46,578 nt of DNA from Candidatus Velthaea sp. (lineage in GTDB: Bacteria > Vulcanimicrobiota > Vulcanimicrobiia > Vulcanimicrobiales > Vulcanimicrobiaceae), in the NCBI GenBank assembly GCA_050012475.1, contig JBEKHC010000034.1, forward strand, positions 1-46,578, given 5' to 3'. Each line of letters begins with the position of its first letter. The first letter of the stretch is position 1. Below the pieces are notes generated by a model. It searched no databases. It saw only the letters and a program-made list of their open reading frames with translations, and was not told the origin of the DNA. A program made the position numbers and the translations under genes. Below, one piece after another: positions 1 to 8,969 of the stretch.

Positions 1-2
1 CA

Positions 3-1073
3 TTGGCGGTCGCCGTGCTCGAACGCTTCATCGCCGTCGGCGCGCGCTGCATCGCGACGACGCATGCCACCGAGCTCAAGCTGTTCGGCGCCGGTCAGCC
101 GCACGTGCGCAACGCCAGCGTGCGCTTCGATCCGGTCACCTACGCACCGACGTACCAACTCGACGTCGGTTCACCCGGTCAGTCGTTGGCCTTCGCGCTG
201 GCGCGCTCGATGCAGCTCGATCCCGAGGTCGTGGCGCGCGCCGAGATGCTGCTCTCGAACGCCGAGCGCGACTACGATCGAGCGCTGGCCGAACTCGCGC
301 TCGAGCGGACGCGCACGGCGCAAGAGCGCGAGCGGCTCGACCGCGACCGCGTCGCGCTGCACACGCTCGAAGAAGTCGCCCGGCGCAAGGCCGAAGCCGC
401 CGAGCGCGAGCGGCGCGAACTTGCGGGTCGCGCCGAAGCGCGCCTGAGCGAGGCGCTGCGAAACTTCAGCGCCGAACTCGAGCGGCGCGCCGCGCAGAAC
501 GGCGGCCGGGCGCGGGCGCGGGTTACGGCGGGCCAGAGCGACCTGCTCTCGCGCACGTTGGACGACATGCGGCGCGATTTGGGTTTGGACCGCGCACCGC
601 AGCGCTCCGATCTCCAAACGGCGCCCATCGGCCGAGGCGACCGGGTCCTCGTCACGTCGCTCGATCAAGAAGGCGTCGTCGCGGAGGACCTGGGGGAGAA
701 CGCCGTGGTCACGATCGGCTCGATGCGGATGAACGTTCCCAAAGCCGACCTGCGGCGGCGGGGCGGCCCCGCGCCGCGGCCCAAACGCGAGCACGCGGCA
801 GGCGAGGCGAAGTTCGCGGCGGCGGCCAACGCGCAAACCCAGCTCGACGTGCGCGGTCAGCGCTACGTGGAAGCCGAACCCAAGGTCGACCAATGGATCG
901 ATCAGGCCGTGCTCAACGGGTATTCGCCCCTGCGGCTCGTCCACGGCAAAGGGACCGGGCTGTTGGGGCGCGGTTTGCAAGAATATCTGCGCGCGCATCC
1001 CAGCGTCACCGGCGTTCGCTACGGCAATGCCGATGAGGGAGGCTCGGGTGTGACGGTCTTCGAACTGAGATAG
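3..1073 (+). CDS. mutS2: MutS2 endonuclease, 3' part (truncated at window edge)
   Basis: ATTHxxELK ATPase tail, coiled coil, KOW-like segment and C-terminal Smr domain (LDVRG...VHGKGTG...EGGSGVT). Confidence 0.95.
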   Translation: MAVAVLERFIAVGARCIATTHATELKLFGAGQPHVRNASVRFDPVTYAPTYQLDVGSPGQSLAFALARSMQLDPEVVARAEMLLSNAERDYDRALAELALERTRTAQERERLDRDRVALHTLEEVARRKAEAAERERRELAGRAEARLSEALRNFSAELERRAAQNGGRARARVTAGQSDLLSRTLDDMRRDLGLDRAPQRSDLQTAPIGRGDRVLVTSLDQEGVVAEDLGENAVVTIGSMRMNVPKADLRRRGGPAPRPKREHAAGEAKFAAAANAQTQLDVRGQRYVEAEPKVDQWIDQAVLNGYSPLRLVHGKGTGLLGRGLQEYLRAHPSVTGVRYGNADEGGSGVTVFELR

Positions 1074-1076
1074 GTC

Positions 1077-2291
1077 GTGGCACTTCAAACCCCGGAGCTC
1101 GACGCGCAGGCGTTGATCGACGGCTGCGCGCATGTCGAGACGCCGGCCGAATTGGCATCCCGGATATCGCGCGGGAAACCGCTGCGGGTGAAGTTCGGCG
1201 TCGATCCGACGGGTTCGGAGCTGCATCTCGGACATGCCGTCGTGCTGCACAAGATGCAGCAGTTCGTCGAGGCCGGGCACGAGGTCACGCTGCTCATCGG
1301 CGATTTCACCGCGCTCATCGGCGACCCCAGCGGCCGCAACGATTCGCGTCCGCACCTGACGGCAGAAGAGATTGCGGCCAACATGCGGACCTACGAAAAA
1401 CAAGCCGGGACGGTGCTGGATCTCGAGCGGGTCACGGTCCGCTACAACTCCGAATGGCTGGCCAAGCTCGGCCTGGCGGACCTCATACGGCTGCTGTCGC
1501 AGACGACCGTCGCGCAGATGCTGGCGCGCGATGACTTCCGCAAGCGCTATCTGGGCGAAACGCCGATCGCGCTGCACGAGTTCCTCTATCCGGTCGCGCA
1601 AGCATGCGATTCCGTCGCGCTCGAGAGCGACGTCGAACTGGGCGGCGACGACCAGTTGTTCAATTTTCTGTTGGCACGCACGTATCAGGCCAACGCCGGG
1701 CAACCGCCGCAAATCTGTCTGACGCTGCCGATCCTCGAGGGCACGGACGGCAAGATCCGGATGGGGAAATCAAAGGGCAACTACGTCGGACTGACGGAAC
1801 CGCCGCGCACCCAATTCGGCAAGACGATGAGCATCCCCGACGAGCTGATTCCGCGTTGGGCGCGCTTAGCTGATTTTCGCTCCCAAGCGGAATGCGACGC
1901 GCTCGAACGAGGGCTGCGCGACGGATCGCGGTCTGCCCTGGACGAGAAAAAAGTGCTGGCGCGCAACATCGTGGCGCGCTATCACGGCGCGGACGCGGCG
2001 CGCGATGCGCAAGGCTTTTTCGAGAGCACCGTTCAGCGCAAAGAAGTGCCGAAAGATCTGCCCGTCCTTGAAGTAGCGGCGGTCGCCGCCGACGCCAAAG
2101 TCGTCAATCTCATGGTTTCTGCGGGGCTGGCCGAAAGCGGCCGCGCGGCACAACGCTTGATCGCGCAAGGCGCGGTACGCATCGACGGCGAGCCCGTCGG
2201 CGATCCGGGTGCCCGTTGGCCCCCGGGCAAGGAAAGCGGAATTTTGCAAGTCGGCTCGCGGCGCATCGTCCGCGTTCATTTCCGTCCCTAA
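1077..2291 (+). CDS. tyrS: Tyrosyl-tRNA synthetase
   Basis: KFGVDPTGSELHLGH, IGDPSG, ELGGDDQLFN, KMSKS-like RMGKS, C-terminal S4 domain. Confidence 0.97.
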   Translation: MALQTPELDAQALIDGCAHVETPAELASRISRGKPLRVKFGVDPTGSELHLGHAVVLHKMQQFVEAGHEVTLLIGDFTALIGDPSGRNDSRPHLTAEEIAANMRTYEKQAGTVLDLERVTVRYNSEWLAKLGLADLIRLLSQTTVAQMLARDDFRKRYLGETPIALHEFLYPVAQACDSVALESDVELGGDDQLFNFLLARTYQANAGQPPQICLTLPILEGTDGKIRMGKSKGNYVGLTEPPRTQFGKTMSIPDELIPRWARLADFRSQAECDALERGLRDGSRSALDEKKVLARNIVARYHGADAARDAQGFFESTVQRKEVPKDLPVLEVAAVAADAKVVNLMVSAGLAESGRAAQRLIAQGAVRIDGEPVGDPGARWPPGKESGILQVGSRRIVRVHFRP

Positions 2292-2303
2292 CGAAAGAAG
2301 AAC

Positions 2304-2504
2304 ATGCCTGCAATTACTTATACCGGCGACGCCGCGATTACCGGACCGACCTTCACCTGCAAGCGCTGCGGGCGCGTGTACGCATATCCGAACGATACCG
2401 CCAAGCCGATCCGCTGCGAGTGCGGGTGGTGGTATTACAACTTGGGCGGAGGCCGCTTCTCCGAGGAATACAAGACCCGAATCGGCGGCACGACCGACAG
2501 TTAA
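2304..2504 (+). CDS. Small Cys-rich (zinc-ribbon-like) hypothetical protein, 66 aa
   Basis: ATG 12 nt after tyrS stop; CKRC...CECG motif; host-like codon usage. Confidence 0.7.
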   Translation: MPAITYTGDAAITGPTFTCKRCGRVYAYPNDTAKPIRCECGWWYYNLGGGRFSEEYKTRIGGTTDS

Positions 2505-2517
2505 GGCGCCGCGGTCC

Positions 2518-2567
2518 GCAGGCCCCAACGCAGGCCCCAACGCCAGCCGCAGGCCCCAACGCCAGCC
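2518..2567. repeat. Short tandem repeat: GCAGGCCCCAAC x3 (two full 19-bp units GCAGGCCCCAACGCCAGCC)
   Basis: Copies at 2518, 2530 and 2549 read directly. Confidence 0.9.
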
Positions 2568-2568
2568 G

Positions 2569-2627
2569 CGGCTTGCGGCGAAGCCGCAAACGCCAAGGAT
2601 TCGCGGCGCGTTCAGCGCCGCGAATCC
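2569..2627. repeat. REP-like element copy 1 (GCCGCAAACGCCA core plus hairpin), probable terminator between convergent genes
   Basis: TTGCGGC-GAA-GCCGCAA hairpin, core at 2583-2595, perfect 13-bp stem 2597-2627. Confidence 0.7.
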
Positions 2628-2629
2628 AG

Positions 2630-3526
2630 TTAGCCGCGCGCGTCGAGGCGAGAAACGAGCGCGGTGACCTCGCTGGCGCTCAGCACGTACTGCCGTTTGC
2701 AGAATTCACAGGTCGCCTCGGTGTGCGGTTGTTCGCTGGCGATCTTCGAGAGCTCGTCGCGACCTAGCCCTAACAGCGCCGATTCGACCTTTTCGCGCGT
2801 GCAGCGGCAATCGAATTCGATCGCAAAATCCCGGAAAACGTTGAGTCCGAGCGAGCCGGTTACTGCCGCCAGCAGCGCTTCGCCGTCGGCGCCGGCGACG
2901 ATTTGCTGGGTCACCGGCGGCATCGCGCGCGCGTTGTGCTCGAGCGTGGCGACCGTAGCGTCGTCGGCGCCGGGCATCAGCTGCGCGATGATGCCGCCGG
3001 CGGCGACGATGCCCTCGGGGTTCGCGAGAACGCCGAGCGCCACGACGCTGGGGATCTGCTGCGAGTTAGCAAGATAAGCAGCGATATCATCGCCGATTTC
3101 GCCCGTCTCGAGCGGCACGATGCCGTTGTACGGCTGTCCAACCTCATAGCTCTTGGTTACTTGCAATTGGCCCTTCCCGATCACGCCCGCCACGTCGAAC
3201 TTCCCGCGCGCGTTGAGGGGGATGTCGGCTCCGGGATAGCGCGCGTACGCGCGTGCGGCGACGCATCCCTCGCCCGCGTTCCAGCTGTCGGCGACGATCG
3301 AACCGATCGGCCCGTCGCCTTTGATTTGCAGCGTCAGGCGCTCGCGGCTTCCCAAGCTAGCGCCCAAGAGCCCGGCACCGGTGATGAGCCGGCCGACCGC
3401 GGCGCTTGCCGTCGGCGCGAGCCGATGGCGCCGCTGCGCTTCGCGTACCACGCGTGTCGTGACCCCCGCCACGAGCGATACCGTTCCATTCGTCGCACTA
3501 GCGGTCACCAATCGATCCTGCATCAC
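2630..3526 (-). CDS. hslO: Hsp33 redox-regulated chaperone
   Basis: GDGPIG, YLANSQQIPS, C-terminal CRC...EATCEFC zinc motif. Confidence 0.96.
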   Translation of the reverse strand: MMQDRLVTASATNGTVSLVAGVTTRVVREAQRRHRLAPTASAAVGRLITGAGLLGASLGSRERLTLQIKGDGPIGSIVADSWNAGEGCVAARAYARYPGADIPLNARGKFDVAGVIGKGQLQVTKSYEVGQPYNGIVPLETGEIGDDIAAYLANSQQIPSVVALGVLANPEGIVAAGGIIAQLMPGADDATVATLEHNARAMPPVTQQIVAGADGEALLAAVTGSLGLNVFRDFAIEFDCRCTREKVESALLGLGRDELSKIASEQPHTEATCEFCKRQYVLSASEVTALVSRLDARG

Positions 3527-3689
3527 CTACGATCAAAACCAATAGTGCCGATTCCCGTTGCAGGACGGGGTTTTTCGCTCGAACCGGGAGGAGGGCAACG
3601 GCCCTCTGCGTATACCCGTTGCCAGCGGAAGTTTACAGCACTGATTAGCTCATAGCCGTTTCGCTCTGACGTTTTTTGAGGAAGTTGCA

Positions 3690-4019
3690 TTGACGAAAGC
3701 AGATCTTATCGACTCGCTGGCTAGTGAATTTGAGTTATCCAAGCGGCAGATCGGTGAGATAATCGATACGCTGCTCGAAGAAATCAAAAATGCACTGCAA
3801 GCGGGCGATAAAGTACAGTTGATCCCGTTTGGCAGCTTTGTCGTTCGTGACCGGAAAAAACGCGAAGGCCGCAATCCCAAGACGGGTGAGAAACTCGTCA
3901 TTGCGGCACGGCGGGTCCCCGCGTTCACGGCCGGCAAATCCCTGCGCGATGCCGTCGGCGGACCCAAGAAGAAGCCCGCGGCCAAAGCCGGTGCCAAGAA
4001 GACCGCGAAGAAGCGCTAA
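3690..4019 (+). CDS. hup: HU/IHF-family DNA-binding protein with short Lys/Ala tail
   Basis: TKADLID...FGSF...GRNPKTGE...PAFTAGKSLRDAV; TTG start with GAGGA RBS. Confidence 0.93.
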   Translation: MTKADLIDSLASEFELSKRQIGEIIDTLLEEIKNALQAGDKVQLIPFGSFVVRDRKKREGRNPKTGEKLVIAARRVPAFTAGKSLRDAVGGPKKKPAAKAGAKKTAKKR

Positions 4020-4078
4020 GCGCTCGGCCCGGTCCAAGGAGGGATGACGCAAGCTGCGCTGCAAACGGGCTAACGACA

Positions 4079-4155
4079 CGGGCAGTAGCGCAGCTTGGTA
4101 GCGCATCAGTCTGGGGGACTGGGGGTCGCAGGTTCAAATCCTGTCTGCCCGACCA
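4079..4155 (+). tRNA. tRNA-Pro (GGG)
   Basis: CGGGCAG/CTGCCCG acceptor stem, TCAGT-CTGGGGG-ACTGG anticodon arm, GGTTCAAATCC T-arm, encoded CCA; 77 nt. Confidence 0.97.
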
Positions 4156-4160
4156 TGTCG

Positions 4161-4198
4161 ACAACCTCGCTGGAGAGTTCGGCGAGGTTGTTCGTTTT
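4161..4198 (+). terminator. Hairpin after tRNA-Pro, probable intrinsic terminator
   Basis: ACAACCTCGC/GCGAGGTTGT stem followed by TCGTTTT. Confidence 0.6.
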
Positions 4199-4207
4199 GA
4201 GGATCCG

Positions 4208-4630
4208 ATGAGACTGACGATCTTTGCCGACGGGGGCTCGCGCGGCAACCCAGGCCCGGCGGCGGCGGGCGCGGTGGTGACCGACGACTGCGGTACCGTG
4301 GTGCGCGAGATCGGCACATTTCTGGGCGTCACGACCAACAACGTCGCCGAATGGACCGGCCTCATCAGCGGTCTGCAAGCGGCACTGGAACTGGGCGCCG
4401 ACGAGATCGTGATTCGGCTCGACAGCGAACTGGTGATCAAGCAGATCACCGGCGTCTACCGCGTGAAGCACCCCAATATGGTTCCGCTGCACGCGCAGGC
4501 CAAAGCGCTGCTCAAGAAGTTTCGCCACGTCGACATCAAGCACGTGCCGCGGCGCGAAAACGCCGCCGCCGACGCCGTCGTCAACGCCGTTTTGGATGCC
4601 CAGCAGGGCCGGGCTGCGTCGCTGCCTTGA
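4208..4630 (+). CDS. rnhA: Ribonuclease HI family protein
   Basis: ADGGSRGNPG, TNNVAE, DSELV, HVPRRENAAAD. Confidence 0.92.
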   Translation: MRLTIFADGGSRGNPGPAAAGAVVTDDCGTVVREIGTFLGVTTNNVAEWTGLISGLQAALELGADEIVIRLDSELVIKQITGVYRVKHPNMVPLHAQAKALLKKFRHVDIKHVPRRENAAADAVVNAVLDAQQGRAASLP

Positions 4631-5465
4631 GCGTGAACCAGAATGCGGCGTTCCGGCCGGGCTGCGTATCGAATCCGATCGTGCCGCCCATGGCGCCCAC
4701 GAGCTGCTTGGCGATGTACAGGCCCAAGCCCGTCGAATCGACGCGCCGTTCGCTCAGCGATGCGAACGGCAAGAACAGCCGCGATTGCTCCTCGGGCGGT
4801 ATCCCGCGCCCTTCGTTGTAAATCGTCACGCGCACGTCGTCGTCGTGTCGCGTTACCGAAGCGATCACGATCGACGATTCCGTCGCGTTTGCGATGGCGT
4901 TGCTAAGTAAATTTGTGACCACCTGCCGCACGCGCATCGCGTCGCCGCTGACCGGCGGAACGCCCTCTTGTTCGACCACGGCGATGGCGTGGCCCATCTC
5001 GGCGTTGGCGGCATCGTGAACGACCGCGACGATGTCGAGCGCTTTGCGCTCGACGACCAATCGGCCGCCCGAGATGCGCGAAATCAACAGCAGATCGTCG
5101 ACCAGATAGCCGAGTTGCCGAGTGGCATCCAGCGCAACATGCAGTAATTCGATGCGGCGCGACGCGTCGAGCGTCGCGTCGTGCTCGTCGAGCAGTGCGA
5201 CGGCGCCGCGAATTGCTGCCAAGGGCGCGCGGATCTCATGCGCGACAATCGATACCAGCGTGCTGCTGGCACTTGCCGCCGTCGACGATTCCGCGGCGGC
5301 GGATGATTTGCGGTTCGCGATCAGCCGCGCCCAGGCGGCGGCGGTGAAGCCGAAGCCCAGCGAGCGCGCCAGGAAGTTCCCACGCGGCCGGGCAGCGAAA
5401 CCAAACGACAAGGCCAGGCCGCTCACGATAGCAGCGTCAATCGCGCGGCGTCTCCAACGAGCCAT
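4581..5465 (-). CDS. Orphan sensor histidine kinase with minimal N-terminal membrane segment
   Basis: AHEIRAPL H-box, NLLSNA N-box, GLGLYI G-box. Confidence 0.85.
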   Translation of the reverse strand: MARWRRRAIDAAIVSGLALSFGFAARPRGNFLARSLGFGFTAAAWARLIANRKSSAAAESSTAASASSTLVSIVAHEIRAPLAAIRGAVALLDEHDATLDASRRIELLHVALDATRQLGYLVDDLLLISRISGGRLVVERKALDIVAVVHDAANAEMGHAIAVVEQEGVPPVSGDAMRVRQVVTNLLSNAIANATESSIVIASVTRHDDDVRVTIYNEGRGIPPEEQSRLFLPFASLSERRVDSTGLGLYIAKQLVGAMGGTIGFDTQPGRNAAFWFTLKAATQPGPAGHPKRR

Positions 5466-5495
5466 GTGGCTGATACTTCCCCTTCACGGATACTG

Positions 5496-6149
5496 ATGCG
5501 CCGCTTCCCCGTCAACGCCTTCATCGCGATTATGGCCCTTATCTTTATCGTAACGGGTTGGCAGTTGTATGCACGCAACGAGAGCGCGCGGTTTCACGCC
5601 GTCGACGCCGTTCGTAACTCGAAATCTTACATTAAATTAACGCTGCACGTTACGTATCCCAGCGGCCCGATCGCGACCGAAGAGTACACGCTCATCGACG
5701 ACAACGGCAAATCGCGCGCCGTGTACGCCGTGGGCGACCGGAAAGGAACGATCGCGACGTTCGATGAGATCATTCGCGGTTTCGACGTAACGTTTGCGTT
5801 CGACAAGCTGGTGGGCGACGGTATCTGGCAGCTGAACTCCAAACATCCGCGCACCCTCGAAGACACGAAGTATACGGTATCGATCGAACAGACCGCGCAA
5901 GGGGAAAGCGGACGGCGCACGTTCTCGTTTACCGACCCGCACTACTGGGCCGTCGCCGCCGGGCGCCAGTACCACATCCGGCTCGACCCCAAGAAGCCGA
6001 CACCGTCCGAAGCGGATCTGCTGCGGCTCGATTCCACCGCGGTTGCCGAGCCCCGCTACGCCAAGATCGTCGCCGATTTCGAGGGATTCGGGTCGCCGGC
6101 GTTCCACCGCACGGTTGCTTCGGCCCGCGCAAAGCTGCTCGGCTCGTGA
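5496..6149 (+). CDS. Membrane-anchored hypothetical protein
   Basis: N-terminal TM helix; stop overlaps next start (GTGA); ATG 5496 preferred over GTG 5466. Confidence 0.7.
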   Translation: MRRFPVNAFIAIMALIFIVTGWQLYARNESARFHAVDAVRNSKSYIKLTLHVTYPSGPIATEEYTLIDDNGKSRAVYAVGDRKGTIATFDEIIRGFDVTFAFDKLVGDGIWQLNSKHPRTLEDTKYTVSIEQTAQGESGRRTFSFTDPHYWAVAAGRQYHIRLDPKKPTPSEADLLRLDSTAVAEPRYAKIVADFEGFGSPAFHRTVASARAKLLGS

Positions 6150-6874
6150 TCCGCACGCTGCGCTTCGTCGTTGCGATCATCGTCGCCGGCGCCGGATTTT
6201 TCGCGTTGTACGAAACGATCGAGGCACCCGCGACGCAGGTTTTCGGACCGACGCTCGTCCATGGTGCGGGGCACGTCGTGGCGCTCACATTCGACGATGG
6301 GCCGAACCGCCGCACGACCCCGCAGTTGCTGGACGTGCTCGAGCGCGAGCACGTCCGGGCAACATTTTTCGTCGTCGGACGCGCCGTGCTGCGCGATCCC
6401 GCGATCCTGCGGCGCATGGCGCGCGACGGCGATGAGATCGGCAACCATACGCAAACGCACGCGCATCTGAATTTCTTGCTGACGCAGCAAGCGATCGGCC
6501 GCGAGATCGATGCGGCCCAAGCGGCGATCGCGGCGGCCACCGGTCGGGCCCCGCGCTACCTGCGGCCGCCGTTCGGCGCGCGCGACTATGCGGCGATCGA
6601 TGCGGCGCATCGGCGCGGCCTGCGCGTGGTGATGTGGACGGCGATGCTCGGCGACGAACCCGCGACAGCCGACGGCGCGGGACTCGCCGCCCAGCTCGTG
6701 CACCAAGTCCACGACGGGGCGATCGTCGTCATGCACGACGGCGATCAAGGCCGGAGCGGTTCGGGCGGACGGATGTACGAATGCGCCGCCGCACGGCTCG
6801 TGATCGCCCGGCTCAAAGCGCAGGGCTACCGATTCGTCACGATCTCGCAGCTCGACGCCGCGCTTCACGCATAG
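6146..6874 (+). CDS. Polysaccharide deacetylase (NodB/CE4)
   Basis: ALTFDDGP, ATFFVVG, GNHTQTH, LRPPFG, VVMHD. Confidence 0.93.
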   Translation: MIRTLRFVVAIIVAGAGFFALYETIEAPATQVFGPTLVHGAGHVVALTFDDGPNRRTTPQLLDVLEREHVRATFFVVGRAVLRDPAILRRMARDGDEIGNHTQTHAHLNFLLTQQAIGREIDAAQAAIAAATGRAPRYLRPPFGARDYAAIDAAHRRGLRVVMWTAMLGDEPATADGAGLAAQLVHQVHDGAIVVMHDGDQGRSGSGGRMYECAAARLVIARLKAQGYRFVTISQLDAALHA

Positions 6875-7200
6875 CGCCGACCGGCGAAATCGATCCAGCC
6901 GTCCTGGTGGTGCGCCGCGGGGTCGTGATGGGTCCAGTGCACGATGGGCTGACGGCCCGCGTCGTGCACCAACTCGCCGCGGACGGCGATCCGGTCGCCG
7001 GGGCCGACCGCAACCGGCGGCGCGAGATCGACGTTGTCGACGATTTCGAGTTTCAACCCGTCGTCGGTTCGACAGTCGAACGCTTCGTGACGCGCGTGCG
7101 TGAAGGTTCCCGTAAAAAATCGCGCCGGCGACGTCACGGTTGCGCCAAAGTCGACTTCGACGGGTAACGGACCGCCCAGCGCGGCAAACAGATTGCTCAC
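6865..7200 (-). CDS. DUF3465-like OB-fold protein
   Basis: VHWTHHDP...HQDGWI...GRRY C-terminal motif. Confidence 0.7.
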   Translation of the reverse strand: MSNLFAALGGPLPVEVDFGATVTSPARFFTGTFTHARHEAFDCRTDDGLKLEIVDNVDLAPPVAVGPGDRIAVRGELVHDAGRQPIVHWTHHDPAAHHQDGWIDFAGRRYA

Positions 7201-7292
7201 GCCGTCCCTTCACCCGCCGGCTCGCTTTGGCAACGATTCCGCGGAAAGTCGCAAAGGTGAGGCAAGTGCGGCCGACGTAGCGCGAACCGGGC

Positions 7293-8969
7293 GTGGTCGT
7301 CCTCATCGCTACGGCGTTCATATCGCTGGGGCTCGTCAATCTCGATCGGTCCAGGGACTGGTGGCGCGGCCAGCGCCTGCGGCTCGCCGTCGGCGTACCG
7401 CTCGTGCTGCTCTACGTGTACGCCACGCTGCCGCCGCTGGTGTTCCCCCAAGCCATCTCGCTGCTGCTGTTGACGGTGATCCCGAACGCGGCCTATTCGC
7501 TGCTCGAATCCGGCCGCCGCATGATCGCTGCGCGACGCATCGTGTCGATCCGGCCGACGCCCTTCTGGCCGTACGTCGCGCTTACCGGCATCCTCGTTGC
7601 GTACGCGTTGCTCCTGGGCGCGCTGCCGGTCCTCGATGCCGGCGGATTGCGCGACGTCGCGGCTGCGGCGATTTCCGGCAGTCCGGCGCCGAGCGCGGAT
7701 CTTGCCCACGTGCGCGTCGTTCCCGAAGAGTCGGCCCTGTTTTCCGGCAACAAAGTCGTCGGTCAGCTCGGCGCATATTACCGCGTCGGCGACTACAACA
7801 TCCAAGCCGAGAACGGACGGCTGGTATGGGTCGCGCCGCTCGATTTTCAGGGCCCCATCCAGTGGCTGGCGCGGCGGTCGAGTCCGGGCGTGATCGTAGT
7901 GAGCGCGGAGAACCCCGACGCGCCGGCGGAACTGCGGCAACGCGCGCCGCTGCGCTTCATTCCGTCGGCGCTGCTCAACGAGAACATCGAGCGCCACGTG
8001 TACCTGCGCTACGGTACCGAAGCGATTCTCGAAACGACGTTGCAGCTCGACGCGGCGGGCGATCCGAAGTATTTGTGCACGCTGGGGCGGCCCACGATCG
8101 GCTGGAGCGGTCAGCGCGTCACCGCGGTCGTCATCGTCGATCCGTCGAGCGGCGCGATGGAACGCGTGGCGCGCGAGAATTTTGCCTCATTGCCGAGTTG
8201 GGTCAGCCGCGTCTTTCCGCCGGACCTGATCCTGGCATACAACGATTGGTTTGGCCGCTACGTGCACGGCTGGTGGAACGCGCAAGTCACGCGGCGCGAC
8301 GTTCACCTGCCGGCGCGCGACGAAGTCTTCGGCATGCTCGTCGACCCGTCGCGTTTTGTGTGGTTCGTCGACCACACGTCGCCCAGCGCGACCGACGATT
8401 CGATGACCGGGTTCACCTACACGGATAGCCGCAGCGGTGCGATGACGTATTACACGTCGTCCGGCGGTCAGTTCAATTCGTCCGCCGCAGAACGGTCGGT
8501 GGCGGCCAATCCGATCGTCCGGCAAGCGCGGCTCATCCCGACGCAACCAATTCTTTACAACGTTTTCGGGCAGAACACGTGGGTCGTGCCGGTCGTATCG
8601 GACAACGGCAAGTTTCAAACCTTGGGCCTCGTCGCGGCTGCCGGCGGGCACGTCGTGGTCGGCGACACGGCGGCGCCGTCGCCCGCGCAGGCCGCGTTTG
8701 CCGAGTATCGTTCGTATCTCGGTGACCGGACCGCGAGCGGTCCGGGCGGTCAACTGCAATTCGCGGGAACCATCGACCGCTTTGCCGACAGCGGCGGCCG
8801 CATCTATTTTACCCTGCGCGAGCACCGCGGGATTTTCACCGCGCCCGATGCCGGCGATCCCAATCTCGTGCTTGCGCGGCCCGGCGACCGCGTGCACGTG
8901 AGCGCGATTTCCGAAGCCGGGGGCTTGCTCTCGGTCCGTGATTTGCGCGACGATTCGATCGCACGATGA
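7293..8969 (+). CDS. Conserved hypothetical membrane protein with large extracytoplasmic domain
   Basis: About 4 N-terminal TM helices; WVAPLDF, LPSWVSRVFP, PILYNVFG motifs; OB-like C-terminus. Confidence 0.75.
   Translation: MVVLIATAFISLGLVNLDRSRDWWRGQRLRLAVGVPLVLLYVYATLPPLVFPQAISLLLLTVIPNAAYSLLESGRRMIAARRIVSIRPTPFWPYVALTGILVAYALLLGALPVLDAGGLRDVAAAAISGSPAPSADLAHVRVVPEESALFSGNKVVGQLGAYYRVGDYNIQAENGRLVWVAPLDFQGPIQWLARRSSPGVIVVSAENPDAPAELRQRAPLRFIPSALLNENIERHVYLRYGTEAILETTLQLDAAGDPKYLCTLGRPTIGWSGQRVTAVVIVDPSSGAMERVARENFASLPSWVSRVFPPDLILAYNDWFGRYVHGWWNAQVTRRDVHLPARDEVFGMLVDPSRFVWFVDHTSPSATDDSMTGFTYTDSRSGAMTYYTSSGGQFNSSAAERSVAANPIVRQARLIPTQPILYNVFGQNTWVVPVVSDNGKFQTLGLVAAAGGHVVVGDTAAPSPAQAAFAEYRSYLGDRTASGPGGQLQFAGTIDRFADSGGRIYFTLREHRGIFTAPDAGDPNLVLARPGDRVHVSAISEAGGLLSVRDLRDDSIAR

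Noticed and set aside
2518..2567. CRISPR array here, at 37.1-37.5 kb or at 42.5-42.8 kb
   Set aside because: No constant repeats with unique equal-length spacers, only 2-3 diverged copies, and no cas genes
4079..4155. tRNA-Pro as an integration site
   Set aside because: No integrase, no duplicated tRNA 3' end seen, and rnhA follows directly
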